Made by a program: the position numbers and the translations under genes. From contig NC_068988.1 in assembly GCF_001194135.2 (NCBI RefSeq), positions 49,925,499-49,975,166 on the forward strand: DNA of 49,668 nt, read 5' to 3'. Source of the stretch: Octopus bimaculoides. Its lineage: Eukaryota. The notes under the pieces were generated by a model that saw only the letters and a list, made by a program, of their open reading frames with translations, made no database searches and was not told the origin of the DNA. Within the stretch, counting starts at the first letter, position 1. Each line of letters opens with the position of its first letter. Below are positions 39,911-49,668 of the stretch, in pieces.

Positions 39911-40623
39911 CTAAATTCATTAAGAAAGACACGAAAGTGATTTAATTACGTTTTCTGTTTCATTATAAATGTGTATGGTCCTGGGCTTAATGTGAAGGAA
40001 AAATAAAATTATAATTTCTGTAAAGATTCAATTGAGGCAGTGAGTGACCGAAACGGTTGAGAAACAGATTAAATACTTAGCAGTATATAATTGTGTCCTT
40101 TCATGTTCGGAGCACAAATCCACTTGAGGTCAACTGTGTTTTTCATTCCCAACAAACTCGATTAATTAATTAAGCATCCATCAAGGGCTGCAATTGATTT
40201 GTACCGCTCACAAAATACGTGGATTTGTTTTTCTTAGAAAGCAATTATTAAGGGCGCTTAGAGACAGAAGTTGTAAATCGACACATTAAATGCCTTAAAG
40301 CACTTGGGTATGTCTCAGTTCTAGGATCAAATCCCTCTGGGGTTATTCATTGGCTTTTCAGTTTCTCTGGATTGATAACATAAGTATCAACGAAGTACTG
40401 ATGTCAATTTAATCAATATTGCCTATTCTTCTGAATGCGTGGTATTGGGCACAGCAATAAACATTTATTTTGAAATCGCAGGATGAATCCAATTATCGGC
40501 CGAGTCCACAGCAAAAACTGTCCCATTGCCTTCTTTTAGCAGGGAAGGAAGGGCAGTTTTCCTCTGACTGGTCATATTGAAATACATAGTTTGTGTGATG
40601 GGTGCCACTAATTATTACAATGA

Positions 40624-40778
40624 GGCGGTAAGCTGGCTGAGTCATTAGTGTGTCGGACAAAAATGCTTAACTGCATTTCTTCCGGCAATCTACTTTCGGA
40701 GTCCAAATACTGTCGAGGTTAACTTTGCCTTTCTTCCTTTCGGAGGCGATGAAATAAGTACCAGTTGCGTACTGAGGG
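40624..40778 (+). mobile_element. SINE family A copy truncated by a gap
   Basis: GGCGGTAAGCTGGCTGAG head...CTTTGCCTTTCTTCCTTTCGGAGGCGATGAAATAAGTACCAG. Confidence 0.8.
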
Positions 40779-41230
40779 NNNNNNNNNNNNNNNNNNNNNN
40801 NNNNNNNNNNNNNNNNNNNNNNNNNNNNNNNNNNNNNNNNNNNNNNNNNNNNNNNNNNNNNNNNNNNNNNNNNNNNNNNNNNNNNNNNNNNNNNNNNNNN
40901 NNNNNNNNNNNNNNNNNNNNNNNNNNNNNNNNNNNNNNNNNNNNNNNNNNNNNNNNNNNNNNNNNNNNNNNNNNNNNNNNNNNNNNNNNNNNNNNNNNNN
41001 NNNNNNNNNNNNNNNNNNNNNNNNNNNNNNNNNNNNNNNNNNNNNNNNNNNNNNNNNNNNNNNNNNNNNNNNNNNNNNNNNNNNNNNNNNNNNNNNNNNN
41101 NNNNNNNNNNNNNNNNNNNNNNNNNNNNNNNNNNNNNNNNNNNNNNNNNNNNNNNNNNNNNNNNNNNNNNNNNNNNNNNNNNNNNNNNNNNNNNNNNNNN
41201 NNNNNNNNNNNNTGTTAGTGTGCTGCATGC

Positions 41231-41279
<49 letters not shown>

Positions 41280-41455
41280 TGGTGAAGGATTTAATACAGG
41301 TGCGTGAGAAATCGGTGTCAACGATGAGTGTTTCAATTGTTCGTCAACCAACGGAACGGCGTACTTACTAAGGAGACCCTTTGAATATTAGGTAGAGTCT
41401 ATCCGACGGGCTTCCGAACAGTTTCCGCATAACCATTTTCACTCTGAAAGCTCAG

Positions 41456-41612
41456 CGAGTGGCTGTGTGGTAAGTAGCTTGCTTACCAACTGCATGGTTC
41501 TGGGTTCAGTCCCACTGCATGGAACCTTGGACAAGTGTCTTCTACTATTGTCTCGGGCCGACCAAAGCCTTGTGAATTGATTCGGTAGACAGAAACTGAA
41601 CGAAGCCCGTCG

Positions 41613-41647
<35 letters not shown>

Positions 41648-41817
41648 ATTAGACAACCGATGCTAGTATGTTTACGTCCCCGTCATCTAGCAGTTCGTTA
41701 AAGATACCCGATAGAATAAGTACTAAGCATACAAAGAATAAGTCCTGTGGTCGGTTTGCTCGATTAAAAGCGGTGCTCCAGCATGGCTGCAGTCAAATGA
41801 CTGAAACAAGTAAAAGG
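41456..41817 (+). mobile_element. SINE family B, near full-length, internal (TA)4(TG)n
   Basis: GGCTGTGTGGTAAGTAGCTTGCTTACC head, ACCTTGGACAAGTGTCTT, microsatellite at 41613-41647, 3' half ending GACTGAAACAAGTAAAAG. Confidence 0.92.
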
Positions 41818-41909
41818 GATCCGAGTTTATGATAAAAGAAATCATGTTCTGATATTGAATTCGAGACCATGTGACTGAGAAGCAAGCATCTGAACTATGC
41901 AAAGCTTAC

Positions 41910-41967
41910 TTTGAGCCTCCAACTCCTTGATGGAGTCGTAGGGTATCCATCTTGATATGCGGCAGGT
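41910..41967 (-). CDS. Candidate 58-nt coding exon (LPHIKMDTLRLHQGVGGS)
   Basis: AAA|GTAAGC donor; weak ATCTCAG acceptor; phase fits the neighbouring candidates. Confidence 0.15.
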
Positions 41968-42487
41968 CTGAGATATTTCCAGACTTAGTGAAGCCTATCT
42001 CTCACTATGTCTCTTTCTTTCTCTCTCTCACGGTCTGACAACAGCTGATTTCTTCTGGAAGGGAGACAGGCAAGCAAACAAACAGAAAGAGCGAAATAAA
42101 GAGAATAACCGAATTGGTACGAATACTTTATTTGCTGGAAGAATAGAAGGCAAAGTTCATCACAGTGTAACTTCAACACTGATCGAAGAGAGAGATGGGT
42201 GAAATAGGGTCTTTAAATGTGGAGCAATCTATCCGAAGCTCTAACGACACAGCTAAATGGCCACACACACACACGCATGTATACATACATACATACACAC
42301 ACACACACATACACACATACACACACACATATATATAATTATGTAAACTCGAATGTACATATGCACACATACATATATGGTTACATATGCAGGTGTGTAT
42401 ATATACATGTATATGTATGTATGCATATATATGTTTGTGTGTGTGTATGTGTGTAATAATTTAGTTTTATTTCAAGAGTTCTCGCTA

Positions 42488-42536
<49 letters not shown>

Positions 42537-42640
42537 CAGATAGATAGATAGATAGACATAAACATATTTGTCCGTGTTTGTGTATGTTCTTATATGTATC
42601 TCTCTCTTTCTCTACATACATACATATACGTATATATATA

Positions 42641-42690
<50 letters not shown>

Positions 42691-43003
42691 CATACATTCA
42701 TACATACATGCATGCTTATATATACAAACACACACATCTATATATATATATATATATATGTTTACACACATCGTATGTGCTTGTGCGCATGTGCATGTAT
42801 ATTCTTTTATTCTGTTACTGTTATTGCTTTGAACGATCTTAATCGATTATATCGGACCCAGTACTTAATTTTGTTTGTTACTTATTGGTTATTTTACTGG
42901 TCTTTTATCGAACAGTTACATTACTTTTTGACGTAACTGGACCATACAACTTTCATCAGAATATACATAAATATATGTACGCACACACGAACACACACTC
43001 ACG

Positions 43004-43057
<54 letters not shown>

Positions 43058-43096
43058 CACGCACACGGACACACACATACATACAGCCATACTTAC

Positions 43097-43147
43097 ATGC
43101 AAAGACACATCGAAACGATTGCCGATTCTCCGTCAAATCATACACTG
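43097..43147 (-). CDS. Candidate 51-nt symmetric (phase 1-1) coding exon (VYDLTENRQSFRCVFA)
   Basis: CACTTTTATTACAG acceptor, CAT|GTAAGT donor, single open frame. Confidence 0.28.
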
Positions 43148-44064
43148 CTGTAATAAAAGTGAGTGACACTTTTGCTAATATAGTATGAGAAACGTCCTAA
43201 AAAGACGGGATAATCAAAGCAAAGCTGGATTATCTTTGATCATAGGTCGAAACTACAACAACATCAAGATCAACAGGAGCTCGTGTTTGTGCGTGTGTAC
43301 ACAAGTGTGCACACACGCACACTTTCGTTCAAACTCATACGCATGCGCAGACAGCTAGATTTAAAATGTTTTGTACCCGTCACATCATATTTAAATTGTC
43401 CTGTATTGAAGTAGACTCCAGTCGATCATCATCGTTATAAACTCAACTGTCCCGTCAGCGCCTCCCTCACGAGCATTAGCTTCAACCACCAACGCGAGAG
43501 TTTTCCATGTATCACTCAGCTTGCTAGAAATAGAAGTCAAACCTATTTTAAACCACGCTATAAGTTTAAATACGAAAGATATTGAACAAAGAGATGAGAT
43601 GCTCACAGTTTCATTATAAGCCTGTTCCGTTACAGCTGACCCGGGACTAAGCAATTCCGACAACAACAACCCAACAAGGAAGCATCTACGTGGTCATGCT
43701 TTGTGCTAGAAATAGCAATGAATATGCCAAAAATCAATACCTATCGTCATCAAAATAAATAAACAAAAGATGTTCCTTGTCAGAATGCCTTTAACAAAGG
43801 GTCCCCCGAGTTACATCATTATAATCAACACCACTGCACAACTTACAATTGTATATCTTGTATCATTTGATGTATCAATACATTTCAATGATAAATTAAT
43901 TCACTTTATTTCACTTATGTTACTAACGAACGACATTTGGTCAAATGCATGATATTAACAGTTTCTTAATTTACTTCAAATGTGTTTTAGAGTTAACCCA
44001 TTTGCGCTTATAGTCCCTTTTTGTTTCTAAAACAAGAATAGTTATTGATATTTGACCAGCCTAA

Positions 44065-44278
44065 GGCGGCAAACTGGCAGAATCATTAACAAACCAGGCA
44101 AAACGCTTAGCAGTGTTTCGTCAGTCATTCCGTTCTGAGTTCAACTTCCGCCGATGTCGACTTTGCATTTCATCCTTTCGGGGTTGATTAATTAAGTACC
44201 AGTGAAACCCTGGGGTCAATGTAATCGACTAGTCCCCTCCCCTAAATTTCAGGCCTTGTGCCTATAATAGAAAGGGAC
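44065..44278 (+). mobile_element. SINE family A, first of a tandem pair
   Basis: Head, core and GGCCTTGTGCCTATAATAGAAAGG tail; TSD ATTTGACCAGC at 44050-44060 and 44279-44289. Confidence 0.9.
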
Positions 44279-44291
44279 ATTTGACCAGCAA

Positions 44292-44484
44292 GTAGGAGCG
44301 GCGAGTTGTCAGAATCGTTAGTACACCGGGCAAAATGCTAAGCGGCATTTCGTCCGTCTTCACATTCTGAGTTCAAATTCCGCCAAGAATTACTTTGCTT
44401 TTCATCTCTTCAGGGTCAATAAAATAAGTGCCAGTTGAACACTAGGTTTGATGTAGTCGGCTTACTCCGAAATTTGAAATGAAT
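44292..44484 (+). mobile_element. SINE family A, second of a tandem pair
   Basis: Head and core with a different AAATTTGAAA tail; flanked by ATTT(G/A)ACCAGCAA at 44279-44291 and 44485-44497. Confidence 0.85.
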
Positions 44485-45267
44485 ATTTAACCAGCAATTG
44501 TATTTTACAGAGATGTATTAGAGTGTCTTTTGAATATCTCAACATTCAGTATAGTGTGAAGACAAGCACATATGCAATTACACCGATTTTTTTTTTTATT
44601 CAAAATATTTTTTAGATGAGTAGTAATCGTGACTATTTTAATTGTCCAATAAAGTTGAGTAAATCTTGTAAAGTGATTTTGTTCAGATACAGCTTACTCT
44701 GAAAGTTTAGTCTTAAACAAGAACCAAGGTCATTAGGACTTCCTATCTTCCATTTATTGTGCGTATTAGAAAATGAATTTCACAGGCAGACTTTCGTGGA
44801 TTGAAAACTTAGTATTTTTATGTTCATGATGTACCGATGCATCATGACAAGTATGTAAATAGCGTGAATTACTGCTTTTTCTTATTGTGCCTTCTGCAAG
44901 AAAAAAGTTTCATAACAATGCGTAGAATGCGACGTTAGTCTTTATATTGGGGTATGTTTCAACAAACGGCATTCTTTGTTTCATTATTCTATTTGGAGAG
45001 GACCGTTTGTTGTGGACGAATGTGACCCGTGGTCTTTTTTTAGGACCAAATCAAAAAATTATTTTTTCAAAAATATTGCGATAAAAATTCTCTTATATAT
45101 TTAGTATTAAATAATGATTTCTTTATTGCTACTATCTAAAATGCTCGATGAGCAAAGACCTGTTGATGGGGTTGAAAAATATATTTAAGAAAAGAAAATA
45201 TTTTCGAAATTAACAGGTTATGTTCTTGGCAAGGTTACCCAAATGAAAGCCGTTTCAATTTCCGCCT

Positions 45268-45811
45268 GGGGCCTCATGTATAATCGTTAGAACATCGGAG
45301 GCAATTTCTTGCGGTATTTCTTCCGACTCATTACGTTCTGTGTTCAAATCCCCTTGATGTCAATTCTGCGTTTTATCCCTCTAAGTTCGATAAAATAGAG
45401 TAACAGTTAAGTACTGGTGGGCCGATATAATTAATTGACTAAGGCGGCAAACTGGCTGAAATGTTAGCACGCCGGGCGAAATGCTTATCGGGATTTCGTC
45501 TGTCTTTACGTTCTGTGTTCAAATTCCACCGAGGTCGACTTTGCTTTTCATCCTTTCGGGGTCGATTAAATAAGTACCAGTTACGCACTGGGATCGATAA
45601 CATCGACTCAATCCGTTTGTCTGTCCTTGTTTGTCCCCTATGTGTGTAGCCCCTTGTGGGCAGTAAAGAAATAAGAAACGTTAGCATGCCGGGCGAAATG
45701 CTTAAGCAGTATTTCGTCTGCCGTTACGTTCTCAGTTCAAATTCCGCCGAGGTCGACATTGCCTTTCATCCTTTCGGGGTCGATAAATTAAGTACCAGTT
45801 ACGTACTGAGG
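45268..45811 (+). mobile_element. Cluster of three head-to-tail SINE family A units: degenerate ~45268-45440, full 45443-45674, 5'-clipped 45675-45811 running into a gap
   Basis: Repeated GTTAGCA(C/T)GCCGGGCGAAATGCTT...GTTCAAATTCC.CCGAGGTCGAC...CATCCTTTCGGGGTCGAT; distinct tail TCCGTTTGTCTGTCCTTGTTTGTCCCC...GCCCCTTGTGGGCAGTAAAGAAATAAG. Confidence 0.9.
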
Positions 45812-46226
45812 NNNNNNNNNNNNNNNNNNNNNNNNNNNNNNNNNNNNNNNNNNNNNNNNNNNNNNNNNNNNNNNNNNNNNNNNNNNNNNNNNNNNNNNNN
45901 NNNNNNNNNNNNNNNNNNNNNNNNNNNNNNNNNNNNNNNNNNNNNNNNNNNNNNNNNNNNNNNNNNNNNNNNNNNNNNNNNNNNNNNNNNNNNNNNNNNN
46001 NNNNNNNNNNNNNNNNNNNNNNNNNNNNNNNNNNNNNNNNNNNNNNNNNNNNNNNNNNNNNNNNNNNNNNNNNNNNNNNNNNNNNNNNNNNNNNNNNNNN
46101 NNNNNNNNNNAGTGGACGCACTCCGATTTCAGCGGTACACATTAAAAAAAAAATGTTTTTAGCGTATTGAAGCATATAATAAAGGACCGACCTCGCAATA
46201 TAGGGCTCGAGGGTGATATTCTTTCA

Positions 46227-46431
46227 TTCTTTTATTTGTTTCTGTAATTTGACTGCGTCCATGCTGGAGCACCACCTTTAGTCGAACAAATCGACCCTTC
46301 AGAACTTATTCTTTGTAAGCCTAGTACTTATTCTATCGGGTCCTTTTGCCGAACCGCTATGTTACGGTGACGTAAACACACCAGCATCAGTTGTCAAGTG
46401 ATGGTGGGGAACGGGAAACACAGACACACAA

Positions 46432-46470
<39 letters not shown>

Positions 46471-46644
46471 CACACACACACACACATTCGATGGGCTTCT
46501 TTCAGTTTCGGACTACCAAATCCACTCACACGGCTGTGGTAGACCCATGGCTATAGTAGAAGACACTTGCCCAATGTTCCACGCAGTGGGACTGAACCTG
46601 GAACCATGTGGTTGGTAAGCGAGCTACTTACCACTCATGCGCCT
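46227..46644 (-). mobile_element. SINE family B, near full-length, internal (TG)n(TA)n
   Basis: Both conserved halves flank the microsatellite at ~46436-46485. Confidence 0.92.
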
Positions 46645-46645
46645 A

Positions 46646-46786
46646 TTGGTATTTATGTTATTAACTCCGAAAGGATCAAAGGCAAAGGTGACCTCACCGG
46701 AATTTGAACTCCGTACGCAAAGACGGACGAAATGCCGTTAGGTATTTTTGTCCGGCGTGCTAACGATTCTGCCAGCTCACCGCCTT
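46646..46786 (-). mobile_element. SINE family A copy, 3'-truncated, abutting the family B head
   Basis: Minus strand GGCGGTGAGCTGGCAGAATCGTTAGCACGCCGG...GAGTTCAAATTCC. Confidence 0.88.
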
Positions 46787-47028
46787 TGTATACCATCAAA
46801 TATTACCATAAGTTCTTTTGTTTTGAATAATAGAATGCAGGCTAAGTCAATGTTTCGTCTTTATAGTTACATTTATTAACGATTTGAGTTCAAATCCCAC
46901 TGTGAGTGAGTTTGTCTATAATGTCTTTTAGGTCAACGAAAGAAGGCTAATTAATCTACGATACTGTTTCCTGATTAATCTACAGTTTTTTATCAGTGTA
47001 AGAAATCATCATTGTTATTTAGTGTCAA

Positions 47029-47226
47029 GGGCGGCGAACTGGCAGCAGGCCAGGTGAAATGCTTAGCGGCATTTTGTCCGTGTACACCTTTTAAGTTCAA
47101 ATTCCACCGAGATCGAATTTGGTTTCCATCTTTTTGTAGTCGATAAAATAAGTACTAGTTGAACACTGGGGTCGATGTAATCTACTTACCCACTCCCACA
47201 GACATGCTGGCCTTGTACCAAAATTA
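47029..47226 (+). mobile_element. SINE family A copy
   Basis: GGCGGCGAACTGGCAG head, AGTTCAAATTCC, GTCGATAAAATAAGTAC, CTGGGGTCGATGTAATC; possible TSD AGTGTCA at 47021-47027 and 47230-47236. Confidence 0.85.
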
Positions 47227-47534
47227 TCGAGTGTCATAGAGAACAATTTTTCCGAGAGCCGGGACAGGTTTTCGATTCGCTGTTGTAATCATTTTGCAAT
47301 TTGGTAACTATTATACTATCATTATAATTTAGTAACGTATTAAAAGTGTACTACAATATGTATGGTATAGTATAACAGGTTGAACTAAGAACCAAACCAT
47401 TTTCTCTTAATCCAAATAACTAATTCTTTGTTTCATATGTGTGTGTGTGTGTGTGTTTTATGTGTATATTTGTGCTTATTTTCCCATCAATTTATGATAA
47501 AAACTATTAAACGTCAAACCGAAGTCTAACTAAC

Positions 47535-47695
47535 CGAAACTTCGAAATCACTGTCGCCCCAACATTTAGTCTCATATTCTCTCGGGCAGCCTTCATTATG
47601 ATCGAACCGTGTGTTTTTATCAATCTTTTTTTGCTTTGTTCTTTGGAGACGACAAATTTCATGAACGCCACAAATTCACATAAACTCTTCATGTC
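47535..47695 (-). CDS. Candidate 161-nt coding exon (DMKSLCEFVAFMKFVVSKEQSKKRLIKTHGSIIMKAARENMRLNVGATVISKF)
   Basis: Strong TTTTTTTCCTTAG acceptor, TCG|GTTAGT donor, frame 0 open throughout; unique, non-repetitive sequence; no homology recognised. Confidence 0.35.
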
Positions 47696-48099
47696 CTAAG
47701 GAAAAAAATACTGTTCTGTTCATGTCTAAATAACAAATTTCCTGTTCACATCTTTCTTTATTTCGTCCTATAATTCGTCTTTTCTTTCCTTCTTTTGATA
47801 TCTCTTCTGCATTTTTTTCTTTATTCCTCGTCTGTCTGTCTATCTGACTGGCGCACTGTCTGCCTCTCGTTTGAATATTCCTTTACCTTTTTCTTTCTTT
47901 CTTCACCGACCACCCCCTCTAGTTTAATCATTTTGTGTTATCCACATTGTCTATTTTTCTCTTCTTTTATATATTTTCTTTCCTTTTTGTTTTTTTCGCT
48001 TCCAGTTTATCGATCTTTCCAGATATTTATCTATATATCCGTCTAGTTATCCATTTGTATATCTATTAGACTATTCTACTGTATTTCTCCCCCCACCTC

Positions 48100-48132
<33 letters not shown>

Positions 48133-48262
48133 GTATCTATTTATCTATCTGTCTCTTTATCTATCTATCTCTTTATCTGTCTCTTTTCTATCTATTTGTC
48201 TATCTATCTATCTATCTATCCATTTATGTACCTCTCTACCCATCTATCTATTTATCTCTTTA

Positions 48263-48296
<34 letters not shown>

Positions 48297-48297
48297 A

Positions 48298-48341
<44 letters not shown>

Positions 48342-48342
48342 G

Positions 48343-48397
<55 letters not shown>

Positions 48398-48607
48398 CTT
48401 TATCTATCTGTCTGTCGGTCCCTCTGTTTGTCTATCTATCTATCAGCTTTTGTTTCTATCTCTGTATATCTTCCTCAGAATAACTGATTTCTCTCTTCCC
48501 TTCTACATTCACTCTCTCATTATTCGTCTGTTTATTTATGCTTTCTATTTATCTGTTTGTCATTTGCTCTCACCCTGTCCCATTCTTTTTCTCTCAGACT
48601 ATCTCCA

Positions 48608-48680
<73 letters not shown>
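48100..48680. repeat. (CTAT)n/(CTGT)n field followed by (CT)n
   Basis: Seen directly. Confidence 0.97.
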
Positions 48681-48684
<4 letters not shown>

Positions 48685-49668
48685 CGCTCGCTCAGTTGCT
48701 CGCTCGCACGAACACACTTAAACACACACACACACATCTTACGCACAACTCAGCTGCTATAACCCGGTTCCATGTTTGGAAAGGAAGCACGCATGCATGA
48801 AAGATTGCGTGCATGACCGTGAATGTGTCTGTGTGGCGTCTACACACACGATCTGTGTATGTGTAATGTGTGTGAGTGTGTGTGCATGTGTGGGTGCGTG
48901 TGTATTTCTATTGATTTCTTTATAAATTGATGAAGATAGCCGAGCAAAGTGTTTGAGTGTCTTACCGTGAGCATGCAGGCTCACATATGTGTGTGTGCAT
49001 GCGCATGCGTGTGAATGTGTGCATTGGTGTATGTGTGTGTGTGTGTGTGTGTGCTCGTGTGTGTGCGTGTGTATGTGTGTGCTGCCCTGTGCGTGCGCGT
49101 GCATGTGTGCTGCCCTTTGCGTGAGCGTGTGTGTGTGTGCGAGTGTGTGCAGATGTGGGGTGCAAGAAAAAGAGAATGAGGTGGTAAGGAGGTCCAGACT
49201 TCTTTTAAGTTAGACGTGTTGTTTAAAATAATCATGGAAGTAGAGAAGAAATGTGAGATGAAGAGGGAAAGGAGAAACAGGAGAAAGACTGAAAGAAAAG
49301 AGAGAGAGATGTAGAGAGAATAAATAATTCACGATATCAAAACATAAGTGTTGAAAGAAAGAGAGAGAGAGGTGGTTAGATACACAGAGGTTATAGTGGA
49401 AGAGACAGAAAATAAAGGGAAATATAAGAGACGGATATAAAAAAGCGAGGAGAGAAATGAGGGTCTATGCTGAGAGTGACCACACTTCCTTGCTATAGAC
49501 ATGTCATTAAGGTGTCCCGTGATAATACCACAGCAACTGAACTGATGTTATAATCATCAATTGATGTATCTTCCACACTAGTCTAATCGCCTTGCAAACA
49601 TAAACATACAGACATATTAACAAATGAATAGATAGATAAATAGATAGAGAGAGGGGAGGGGGAGAGGG

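Noticed and set aside
43391-43669. 92-aa minus-strand ORF
   Set aside because: No recognisable motif, it overlaps the degenerate TGCTAGAAATAG repeat, and it has no convincing splice sites.
43847-44026. Minus-strand segment with a strong acceptor (CTTGTTTTAG) and donor (GTAAGT)
   Set aside because: Stops in all three frames; it could only be UTR or non-coding, and AT-rich DNA gives such sites by chance.

Overview
AT-rich eukaryotic DNA, very rich in microsatellites and broken by many assembly gaps. It is most likely octopus (coleoid cephalopod), judged from recalled SINE consensus sequences and the repeat landscape; this is recognition, not a database result. There are no prokaryotic systems, CRISPR arrays, rRNA or true tRNA genes, and I cannot confidently identify any host protein-coding gene. 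Almost every entry in the ORF track comes from microsatellite translation or N-runs. The unique-looking DNA is mostly decayed transposons: at least five Penelope-like (PLE) retroelement relics, a hAT transposase relic, a Tigger/pogo transposase relic, a CR1/L2-type LINE tail and a piggyBac-like MITE. Three tRNA-derived SINE families (called A, B and C here) are abundant, several with readable target-site duplications (TSDs). The most interesting signals are: a SINE family with a variable microsatellite at a fixed internal site; shared modules between SINE families; two SINEs inserted at one triplicated target site; a PLE ORF split by a SINE and carrying an unrecognised N-terminal extension; a degenerate minimal hammerhead-like motif; and a tentative chain of phase-compatible minus-strand exons. 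None of these is proven novel. All coordinates and translations were read by eye.
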